This document shows, one piece after another, positions 42,451-49,750 of a DNA stretch of 50,841 nt. The stretch spans positions 1 through 50,841 of the forward strand of contig JAGVNG010000005.1 of NCBI GenBank assembly GCA_020053375.1. The letters are read 5' to 3'. Position numbers and translations under genes: made by a program. The stretch is from Nanobdellota archaeon (GTDB lineage Archaea; Nanobdellota; Nanobdellia; Pacearchaeales; GW2011-AR1). Within the stretch, counting starts at the first letter, position 1. Each line of letters opens with the position of its first letter. The notes under the pieces were generated by a model. The model saw only the letters and a list, made by a program, of their open reading frames with translations, searched no databases and had not been told where the DNA came from.

Positions 42451-42551
42451 TGGAGTTAGAAACTTTTATTAAAACGATAGGATGGCTGGTTGTCTTTGGG
42501 ATAGCAATAATTGCAATTTTTAGTTTAAAGGGTGCAGGAGTTTTAGGATAA
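42450..42551 (+). CDS. Micro-ORF, 33-aa single-TM peptide
   Basis: MELETFIKTIGWLVVFGIAIIAIFSLKGAGVLG. Its ATG overlaps the preceding TAA by 1 nt. Confidence 0.3.
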   Translation: MELETFIKTIGWLVVFGIAIIAIFSLKGAGVLG

Positions 42552-42557
42552 TCCAAA

Positions 42558-43319
42558 ATGAGAAAAACTTTATCATTAAGAAAAGGAATGTCAAAGAGGG
42601 GGGAGCTGACGACCCAGCAGATAATAATGATAATAATTCTTATTGCAAGCTTTGTGATTCTTTTGTATTTCCTTTTCAGAATAAATCCCGCTGAAACAAG
42701 CTCCAAGCAGATATGCTATAATTCTGTTGTTTTATTGGATAAGGGAAGCGGGCTGGTCGGAAGCTTGGATTGCAAAACCAATTATCTTTGCCTGTCAGGG
42801 GGAGATGGATGCGCTGACTTCAATCCAACCGTCACTGCGAGTGTTGACCCCTCTAAGAAAGAGGGGGTCATGAAAGAGATTGCAGATGAAATGGCTGACT
42901 GCTGGTGGATGTTTGGAGAAGGAAAGATAAATTATGGAACTGCAGAAGGCACATCCATAAAATATGCTCTGTGCTCCATAATAGAATTTGACAAGAAGGT
43001 TCAGGAGAAGGTTCCAGAGATTTCTTATTCTGAATTATACCAGTATATGCAAGCACACCAATCTTCACATGCAACTTCTCAAAGTTATCTTCAGTATTTA
43101 TATGGAGTAAATGATGTTAATCTTTTAGTGGTTCAGTCGCAATTTCATGTAAATGTAGCGCAGGATAAAATTGACACTAGTAAAAAATATTCAATAATTA
43201 CAGGAATAGATGATAATGTTTCTCCTTTTGCTGATGAGTATTTTAAGGTTTACATAATTCCTACTGCCGAGACATCATTCAAAATTGTCGCAGGGGAATT
43301 CATAACCAAAGCTTCCTAG
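42558..43319 (+). CDS. Pilin-like protein with a class III signal peptide (253 aa)
   Basis: MRKTLSLRKGMSKRG/ELTTQQIIMIIILIASFVILLYFLF. Confidence 0.6.
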   Translation: MRKTLSLRKGMSKRGELTTQQIIMIIILIASFVILLYFLFRINPAETSSKQICYNSVVLLDKGSGLVGSLDCKTNYLCLSGGDGCADFNPTVTASVDPSKKEGVMKEIADEMADCWWMFGEGKINYGTAEGTSIKYALCSIIEFDKKVQEKVPEISYSELYQYMQAHQSSHATSQSYLQYLYGVNDVNLLVVQSQFHVNVAQDKIDTSKKYSIITGIDDNVSPFADEYFKVYIIPTAETSFKIVAGEFITKAS

Positions 43320-43355
43320 CAATAATTTTATTAAGTAGTTTTATCTTTTTTACTT

Positions 43356-43802
43356 ATGAACAAAATAAGGGGAAAAGAAAAAAACCTTCGGTTTTTTAAT
43401 CCTTCGCTTTTTCCAAAATCGAGAAAAGGGGACGTGCTTATAGGCGAGGTCATATTTCTTGTGCTAAACCTTGTTTTTCTTTCAATCCTTATCATATTTG
43501 TAATTTCAAAGACAAATGATGCTTCCCTCCTAGAAGAAAAATATGCAAAACAAATAGCATTGGTCATAGACTCCGCAAAACCGGGAATGACAATTCACAT
43601 AAACATGGAGGATGCAATCAAAAAAGCGCAGGATGAAAAGCAGGACATCAAAGGAATTGTCAAAATAAATGATAATATTGTTACATTAAAGCTTAAGGAA
43701 AAAGGGGGTTATCCATATTCATTTTTCAATGATATAAGCGCGAATGCCTATCTGGACACGGGCAATAATAAGGAGTATGTTATTGTCATAACTGAAAAAT
43801 AA
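43356..43802 (+). CDS. Pilin-like protein with an extended conserved leader (KNLRFFNPS type), copy 1
   Basis: MNKIRGKEKNLRFFNPSLFPKSRKG/DVLIGEVIFLVLNLVFLSILIIFVI. Confidence 0.6.
   Translation: MNKIRGKEKNLRFFNPSLFPKSRKGDVLIGEVIFLVLNLVFLSILIIFVISKTNDASLLEEKYAKQIALVIDSAKPGMTIHINMEDAIKKAQDEKQDIKGIVKINDNIVTLKLKEKGGYPYSFFNDISANAYLDTGNNKEYVIVITEK
43379..43429 (+). repeat. 51-nt leader element, copy 1 (28-nt identical core plus second dyad)
   Basis: AAAAAACCTTCGGTTTTTTAATCCTTCG + CTTTTTCCAA + AATCGAGAAAAGG. Confidence 0.85.
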
Positions 43803-43814
43803 AATATCTTGGCA

Positions 43815-44333
43815 ATGAAAAATAAAATAATTTTTGGAAAAAGGGGGTCGGAAACAACTATAACCATTTACTGGTTTGCAATACTGATGATAGTTGCGGT
43901 TGCTATTGTTTATATGGTAACTTCTGCATATGGGAAGCCGTATGATGTTCGTGGAATTGAAGCAGATATACTTGCTAATAATATTGCGGATTGCATAAGT
44001 CAAGGGGGATATGTAAATGCAAATACCCTCGCAGATTCTTCCTTCAAGGCAAAGTTTCTAGAGCAATGCAAACTGAATTTCAAAACTGAGGAGGGATTTG
44101 CGGACGCCAGTGGGGAATATTATGCTGAAGTAATCTCATACGATTTTGACACAAACAAAAGAACTAATTCAGACATATCCTATGGAAATCTTGTTCTAAA
44201 ACAGTATTGTGAATTAAAGGGAACAACTCTTCCAGTATGCACACGAAAGAATATTTATCTTATTGACGAACAGCAGAATAAATATGGGGTTACTATTCTT
44301 ACAGTTGTAAACAAGGCAGAGAAAAACGCATGA
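43815..44333 (+). CDS. Pilin-like protein with a class III signal peptide (172 aa from ATG 43815)
   Basis: MKNKIIFGKRG/SETTITIYWFAILMIVAVAIVYMV. Confidence 0.6.
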   Translation: MKNKIIFGKRGSETTITIYWFAILMIVAVAIVYMVTSAYGKPYDVRGIEADILANNIADCISQGGYVNANTLADSSFKAKFLEQCKLNFKTEEGFADASGEYYAEVISYDFDTNKRTNSDISYGNLVLKQYCELKGTTLPVCTRKNIYLIDEQQNKYGVTILTVVNKAEKNA

Positions 44334-44857
44334 TGATAAAAAACAAAAAAAACCTTCGGTTTTTTAATCCTTCGATTTCTTTGAAATCGAGAAAAGGACA
44401 GATATCAGAAGGAATAACATGGGTGGTTGCAACCATAGCCATCATAATTATTTTGTTAGTTTCCATATCTCTCACCTCTTTTTATACGAAAGATAGGGAA
44501 ATCAAAAAAGATTTTTTCAGGGATAGCACCAATCAAAAAACAGTCTTAAGTTATTTGTTGACAAAAGAGGATAACGGAGAGATTGTTTATTTGGATATAA
44601 AAAAGGAAGGCAATCTTAAAGATGTCAGTGGCAATCTCGCACTGAAAATTTTTAATGGACTTTACAAGGACAGATATCAGCAGATGTGGGTAGGGGTTAG
44701 CAGCCTTGGAGAAGGGGTCATCTCAACAAGCCTTAATGGTGTTGAGAATGAGTTTTTCGGAAAAAAAATGCTTTTGATACACAGAGAATCCTATTCTTCA
44801 TTGGTTCCTTTTGACAAAACTAAATTTTTTGAGGCAATTTTTGTGAGAAAACCTTGA
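44330..44857 (+). CDS. Pilin-like protein with an extended conserved leader (KNLRFFNPS type), copy 2
   Basis: MMIKNKKNLRFFNPSISLKSRKG/QISEGITWVVATIAIIIILLVSISL. The start overlaps the previous stop (ATGA). Confidence 0.6.
   Translation: MMIKNKKNLRFFNPSISLKSRKGQISEGITWVVATIAIIIILLVSISLTSFYTKDREIKKDFFRDSTNQKTVLSYLLTKEDNGEIVYLDIKKEGNLKDVSGNLALKIFNGLYKDRYQQMWVGVSSLGEGVISTSLNGVENEFFGKKMLLIHRESYSSLVPFDKTKFFEAIFVRKP
44347..44397 (+). repeat. 51-nt leader element, copy 2
   Basis: It has the same 28-mer, followed by the perfect dyad TCGATTTC-TTT-GAAATCGA (44372..44390). Confidence 0.85.
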
Positions 44858-44861
44858 TAAA

Positions 44862-45221
44862 ATGAAAAAAAACCTTCGGTTTTTTAATCCTTCGATTCTT
44901 CCAGAATCGAGAAATGGTGACATGCCAACGCTTATACTTGTAGTAGGGATTTTCTTAGTATGCGGGCTGACTGTTTTTAGCCTGATTATTTCTTTGGGGT
45001 CATTTGAAAAAAGCTTTGGGGTGCTGGAGAACATGGTCGCGGTTAATTCAATGGCTGACCAGATAAGATTTTATGAAAATGTAGGGCTGGATCCAACAAG
45101 TTTTTTGGATATAACAAAAGAGAACAATGCCTATAATATCACATCTAAAAAAACAGAAAAAGAAAAAATAGTCTTTTATATTGAGTATATAATTCCCGCA
45201 AATACTCCCGCCCCCAAATAA
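44862..45221 (+). CDS. Pilin-like protein with an extended conserved leader (KNLRFFNPS type), copy 3
   Basis: MKKNLRFFNPSILPESRNG/DMPTLILVVGIFLVCGLTVFSLII. Confidence 0.6.
   Translation: MKKNLRFFNPSILPESRNGDMPTLILVVGIFLVCGLTVFSLIISLGSFEKSFGVLENMVAVNSMADQIRFYENVGLDPTSFLDITKENNAYNITSKKTEKEKIVFYIEYIIPANTPAPK
44867..44917 (+). repeat. 51-nt leader element, copy 3
   Basis: It has the same 28-mer, followed by the perfect dyad TCGATTC-TTCCA-GAATCGA (44892..44910). Confidence 0.85.
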
Positions 45222-45255
45222 AAACATTTTTAAACAAAACTAACCTCCCTGGGAT

Positions 45256-45597
45256 ATGATTGGAGATAAAAGAGGACAGGGATTAAGCACAAGCACAATT
45301 GTTCTGCTAATATTGGCGGTTGCTGTTCTTGTTATACTGGTGCTGGGATTTACAATAGGATGGAGCAAGTTCCTTCCTTTCCTCAATACAAATAATGTTC
45401 AGGATATAAAAACAGCCTGCGCAACGGCATGTTCGACAGAAAGCACTTTTGATTTCTGCACAACTCCGAGGGAAGTAAATGACAAGGTTAATACTAAGTT
45501 TACAGACACGTGCGATAAGTTGGCAAATGATGCAAAATACACTGTTAGAAATTATGCAATAGCTAAATGTCCTACCATCACATGTACTGCGGCTTAA
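45256..45597 (+). CDS. Pilin-like protein with a canonical class III signal peptide and a Cys-rich head. It is the candidate major pilin.
   Basis: MIGDKRG/QGLSTSTIVLLILAVAVLVILVLGFTIG. The 113-aa protein has six Cys in its C-terminal half and is the last pilin gene before the peptidase. Confidence 0.65.
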   Translation: MIGDKRGQGLSTSTIVLLILAVAVLVILVLGFTIGWSKFLPFLNTNNVQDIKTACATACSTESTFDFCTTPREVNDKVNTKFTDTCDKLANDAKYTVRNYAIAKCPTITCTAA

Positions 45598-45857
45598 ACA
45601 TTAGTTCTTAATTAAAAAAATGGATGATTATACTTTTTCTGATAAAAGAAACAAGAGAAAAAGCAAGTTAAAAGAAAAGAAAAAACATCCTTATAAGAAA
45701 GGCGGTTTCTCACGAAGCATGAATTTTGGGAAGAAGAAATAAGATTGTTAATGTTAAAGCATAATTCCCAGATAGGATTGCCTGGTAAGTTATAGGTAAA
45801 TTAATTTTATATTAAACTTCCCGTTCATTTTATAAATATAACTCGCTGATTTATTAT

Positions 45858-46703
45858 ATGTTGGAACTGTTTTTAATTATCTTAGCATTTATATGGCTGA
45901 TTTTTGCAGTAGTGAGCGATTTGAGAACAAGGGAGATTCCAAACTGGCTTAATTTTTCCCTCATAATATTTGCATTGAGTGGCAGATTGTTTTATTCTGT
46001 TTTCAGCGGTCCTGACTGGAGTTTTTTTATTCAGGGAGTTTTTGGCTTCGCGGTTTTTTTTGCAATTGCTAATCTGCTTTATTACGGAAGATTTTTTGCA
46101 GGAGGAGATGCAAAATTACTGATGGCTCTTGGACCTATTCTTCCGTTTGGAACAAGCCTTTTATCAAATGTTAGCTTATTTCTTTCTTTCTTGTCATTAT
46201 TCTTTATAGTCGGAGCTGCCTATGGTTTTGTGATGGTTTTGTATCTCAGCTTTAAGGACACCCAAAAATTAAAAAAGAGCTTTTTAAGAGGTATCAAGAA
46301 GAACAGAAAATCTTTCTTTATTTTTATGGGCATTGGACTCACGTTTATGCTTGCTGGACTGGCGGAGGAATTATTGTTTATACTGGGAGTTTTGATATTC
46401 CTTCTGCCTTACTTGTTCTTTTATACAAAAGCCATTGACAACACCTCACTTGTCAAGAGAATAAATGCTCAGGCGCTTACAGAAGGAGACTGGCTTTACA
46501 AAGACCTTCGGGTTGGAAAAAATATCATAAAAGCCAGATGGGAAGGATTAAGCAAAAGAGAAATTGCACTCATACGAAGAAAGTGTAAGTTTGTTTTGAT
46601 AAAGAGAGGAGTTGAATTTAGCCCTGTATTCCTGATAAGCTTTGTCTTTTTTGTATACTTTTATCTAAATGGAATGACTAATTTATGGAATTCTCTGTGG
46701 TAG
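45858..46703 (+). CDS. Prepilin/preflagellin peptidase (A24 family; PibD/FlaK/EppA-like)
   Basis: The two catalytic Asp motifs are VVSDLRTREIPNWL and FAGGDAKLLMALG (GxGDxK). The protein is polytopic. Confidence 0.8.
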   Translation: MLELFLIILAFIWLIFAVVSDLRTREIPNWLNFSLIIFALSGRLFYSVFSGPDWSFFIQGVFGFAVFFAIANLLYYGRFFAGGDAKLLMALGPILPFGTSLLSNVSLFLSFLSLFFIVGAAYGFVMVLYLSFKDTQKLKKSFLRGIKKNRKSFFIFMGIGLTFMLAGLAEELLFILGVLIFLLPYLFFYTKAIDNTSLVKRINAQALTEGDWLYKDLRVGKNIIKARWEGLSKREIALIRRKCKFVLIKRGVEFSPVFLISFVFFVYFYLNGMTNLWNSLW

Positions 46704-47321
46704 CCATAATTTTTTCTCGAACATTTCCACCGCTTTTTTCAACTCAGATTTTTTCTGCTTAGGAGCTTTAGGTTTTGAAGATGCTGGTTTTGTTTTCAGC
46801 AGTTTTTCAACTTCTTCCAGCTCCTCTTTTTTTGCTGGCTGTCTTTTTGAACTGAAGGTTTCATCAGCATAAATAGGTAGAATATTTATCACGTGATGAC
46901 CAAACATGCTTGATACGGTAGTATCGATTCTTTTTGGCTTTAATTTTGACTTAATTCTTCCCGCGATTGTTTTTGCAAGTTTTTCAGCGTCTTTTGGGAT
47001 GTTTACTCCTTCTTTCAGATGCTTTTTTGGAATTACCAACATGTGTCCTCTTGAAATGGGATTTATTTCGAGAACAGCAATTGCTTCAGGGTTTTCATCT
47101 ACTCTGTATGAGGGGATGTCTCCGAAAACTATGGAACAAAAGACACATTGACTGTTTTGTCCGGCCACCAGATTATTTTTTGCAAGAAATTCCTCTAACT
47201 CTCTGGAATTCATATTTTCTATCTGTTCCTTTGCATATTCTTTTTTATCCTCTGGAAAACTTTTTTCTATGTGTTCCTGCAACTGTCTTTTTAATGCAGA
47301 GGTTTGCTCGGGGGTTAACAT
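46683..47321 (-). CDS. HIT-like protein with an N-terminal helical extension, a Lys-rich C-terminal tail and a degenerate histidine triad
   Basis: CVFCSIVFGDIPSYRVDENPEAIAVLEINPISRGHMLVIPKKH is a canonical HIT core. The triad position reads GHHVINILP instead of HxHxHxx. Confidence 0.65.
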   Translation of the reverse strand: MLTPEQTSALKRQLQEHIEKSFPEDKKEYAKEQIENMNSRELEEFLAKNNLVAGQNSQCVFCSIVFGDIPSYRVDENPEAIAVLEINPISRGHMLVIPKKHLKEGVNIPKDAEKLAKTIAGRIKSKLKPKRIDTTVSSMFGHHVINILPIYADETFSSKRQPAKKEELEEVEKLLKTKPASSKPKAPKQKKSELKKAVEMFEKKLWLPQRIP

Positions 47322-47357
47322 TTCAGTAATAAAAAAACAGGATTAATATAATTAACT

Positions 47358-47681
47358 ATGCAGATTTCTGCAATATATTTGCATATAAATAGAAATCTTT
47401 ATATCCCTATTGTCTTTTTCTCTCTAAGGGATAAGAAAGGTAGGGAGATAGGCATACTAACAATAATTTTTATTCTTTTATTACCGAGTGTGATATGTGC
47501 TTTATTCTTTTATTATTCTTTAAATCTTCCCCTTTGGGTTATAGGAATTATATGGATAATCTTGGCTTGGACAACATTTAGAATCGTGCAAGATACCGAT
47601 AATGAATTGACTTATGGTATGGAAGAAGATGTGCGTAGGAGGGTTAAAAAAAGAATTGGTTTCTTTTTTTGGGTTTTTTAA
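47358..47681 (+). CDS. Hypothetical small membrane protein (107 aa)
   Basis: It has two central TM helices and a basic C-terminus. There is no other support. Confidence 0.35.
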   Translation: MQISAIYLHINRNLYIPIVFFSLRDKKGREIGILTIIFILLLPSVICALFFYYSLNLPLWVIGIIWIILAWTTFRIVQDTDNELTYGMEEDVRRRVKKRIGFFFWVF

Positions 47682-47805
47682 TCATGGTGACAGCATATTT
47701 TTTTGTTGAAGAACCATTTCGTGATGTTCTTTTGATATTTGGTGCAGTTTTAGCGATTATAAGTGTCTTGATGAAAAGTAGGGCTTAACTACCTTTTTAT
47801 TCTTT

Positions 47806-48078
47806 CTAACCAAACGCCCTTCTCAAATCAATAACCTGAACGGAATTAACATCTTTGATTTTTCCCAGCTTTTCCTCGAGTTTTTCAAGTTCTTTTTCTT
47901 CAGGCCATGCGAAAAAGACAATTATAGCATTTAATCCGAAGGCAATAGGCTCTTCGGTAATTGTGCAATTCTTTCCGCCAGTTGATTCAACAAGCTCCTT
48001 CGCCTTTTCTCCAATCTTCTTTGTGTTAACAGAAGGAGAAGAAGGCATTATCTTTATTTTTACAGCTGCTATCCCCAT
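47806..48078 (-). CDS. ef1b: Translation elongation factor aEF-1 beta
   Basis: MGIAAVKIKIMPSSPSVN...EEPIAFGLNAI...VQVIDLRRAF is collinear with archaeal EF-1beta proteins of about 89 aa. Confidence 0.85.
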   Translation of the reverse strand: MGIAAVKIKIMPSSPSVNTKKIGEKAKELVESTGGKNCTITEEPIAFGLNAIIVFFAWPEEKELEKLEEKLGKIKDVNSVQVIDLRRAFG

Positions 48079-48255
48079 ATTTTATCTTATTTAAGAGGGT
48101 TTAAAAGACTTTTTGAAAGGTATGAAAGTGTTAACTAACAATTAAATTTAACAATTAATATGTTTATCATTAATTGCTAATATTACTCGATAGATTTATT
48201 ATTTATAATTATTTTTTACAGCAATCCTTATAAATAAGCAATATTTTTCTGAAAG

Positions 48256-49170
48256 ATGACAGAGATTAGTTACGAAAAACTTCTGGACAAGATCTCAAGG
48301 ACATCTGGGCTTGAAAAAGAAGAAATTGAGAGGAGAATAGAAGCAAAAAGAGCAAAGCTTTCTGGACTTATAAGCAAAGAAGGGGCTGCGCAGGTTGTCG
48401 CATCTGAGCTGGGCTTCGCATTTGACAAGGAGAAAATAAAGATAGATGAACTCGTGTCTGGAATGAGAAAGGCTAATACTATTGCAAAAATAATAAAGAT
48501 ATTTCCACCAAGAACATTTTCAAAGAACGGAAAAGAAGGCAAGGTTGCCAATATGATAGTTGCTGATGAAACCTCCAATATCAAGGTTGTTCTTTGGGAT
48601 GTCAATCACATAGAACTTATAGAGAAGGGGGAGATAGGCGAGGAAAAAACCGTGGAAATTGTGAACGCAACGATGAGAGGAAATGAACTTCATCTTGGAA
48701 GCTTTTCTGAACTAAAATTAAGCAAAGAAGAATTGAATGAAGTTAAGAGGGATAAGGCATTTAGAGAAAAAGAGATATCTGAATTCAAGCTTTCAGATAA
48801 TGCAAGCACGAGGGCATTTATAGTTCAAGTTTTTGAAATGAAGGAATTTAATGTATGTCCTGAGTGCAGGAAAAAAGTGGTACTTGAAGGAGACCAATAT
48901 CTCTGTGTTGAACATGGGAAAGTTTCTCCTGAAAAGAGAAATTTGATGAACGTTGTTATTGATGATGGGACGGAAACAATGAGGACAGTAATGTTTCATG
49001 ATGTTTTGCAAAGTCTGGCGCATAGCAAAGAAGATTTACTTGGCAAGGAAATGATTTTTTCGGGCGATGTAAGATTAAACAAATTTTTTAATACTCCTGA
49101 ATTTATAGTTGAAAGTGTGAAAGAACCAGATGTTGATGAAGTGCTAAAAAGCTTGGAAGAAAAAGAGTGA
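48256..49170 (+). CDS. rpa: Replication protein A (RPA/RFA-like ssDNA-binding protein with OB folds and a zinc ribbon)
   Basis: The N-terminal helical domain is YEKLLDKISRTSGLEKEEIERRIEAKRAKLSGLISKEGAAQVVASELG. The OB fold is GKVANMIVADETSNIKVVLWD. The zinc motif is CPECRKKV...CVEHGK. Confidence 0.8.
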   Translation: MTEISYEKLLDKISRTSGLEKEEIERRIEAKRAKLSGLISKEGAAQVVASELGFAFDKEKIKIDELVSGMRKANTIAKIIKIFPPRTFSKNGKEGKVANMIVADETSNIKVVLWDVNHIELIEKGEIGEEKTVEIVNATMRGNELHLGSFSELKLSKEELNEVKRDKAFREKEISEFKLSDNASTRAFIVQVFEMKEFNVCPECRKKVVLEGDQYLCVEHGKVSPEKRNLMNVVIDDGTETMRTVMFHDVLQSLAHSKEDLLGKEMIFSGDVRLNKFFNTPEFIVESVKEPDVDEVLKSLEEKE

Positions 49171-49259
49171 TATATCATAGGTAGAGTATTGATTGTAAAT
49201 TAATTAAGTGATGTTTTAATTAAAAATATATTAAGGGGATTGATTAAGTTATAGCTAAA

Positions 49260-49697
49260 ATGGACGCGGTAACAATAATATTGGTTCTTGTCTTATTAAT
49301 AGCGGCTTTTTTGATTGGACATTGGATAGGGGTTTTTAGGAGAGACAGATACTGGGAAAGTGAGCTGCCCGAACATAGGAGAGAGGCAATCGCGAAATCA
49401 AGGGCTGTTTTGGGCGGGCAGTTTTCTGAACAGCTTGCTCCATTTCTTCCTGACTTCAAGTATCTGCCAACAGAATGCAGATTTATAGGAAAGCCAATTG
49501 ACCTTTTGGTTTTTAGAGGTATGGACCAAAAGGAAATAGATGAAGTTGTATTTGTTGAAGTCAAAAGCGGAAAGGCAAGGAATTCTCCTGTTGAAAAAAG
49601 CCTTAAGGACACGATAGAAAAGAAGAGAGTGAGATGGGAAGAATACAGGATTCCAGAAGATTTGACTAAAGAACACAAGGATAAGGATGTTTTTTAA
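49260..49697 (+). CDS. Membrane-anchored PD-(D/E)xK endonuclease related to the archaeal Holliday junction resolvase (Endonuc_Holl-like)
   Basis: It has an N-terminal TM helix. FIGKPIDLLVFRG...VVFVEVKSGKARNSPVEKSL gives the D...E-x-K nuclease motif. The opposite-strand ORF 49244..49678 is low-complexity. Confidence 0.6.
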   Translation: MDAVTIILVLVLLIAAFLIGHWIGVFRRDRYWESELPEHRREAIAKSRAVLGGQFSEQLAPFLPDFKYLPTECRFIGKPIDLLVFRGMDQKEIDEVVFVEVKSGKARNSPVEKSLKDTIEKKRVRWEEYRIPEDLTKEHKDKDVF

Positions 49698-49750
49698 GAT
49701 ATATCTAACAGCCAAATAATCTTTATAAACAGCCACCGTATTGAAATTCT

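Noticed and set aside
43379-44917. I considered whether the three identical 28-mers could be a CRISPR-like array.
   Set aside because: There are only three copies, spaced about 970 and 520 nt apart. They lie inside coding starts of paralogous genes and are in frame. No cas genes are present.
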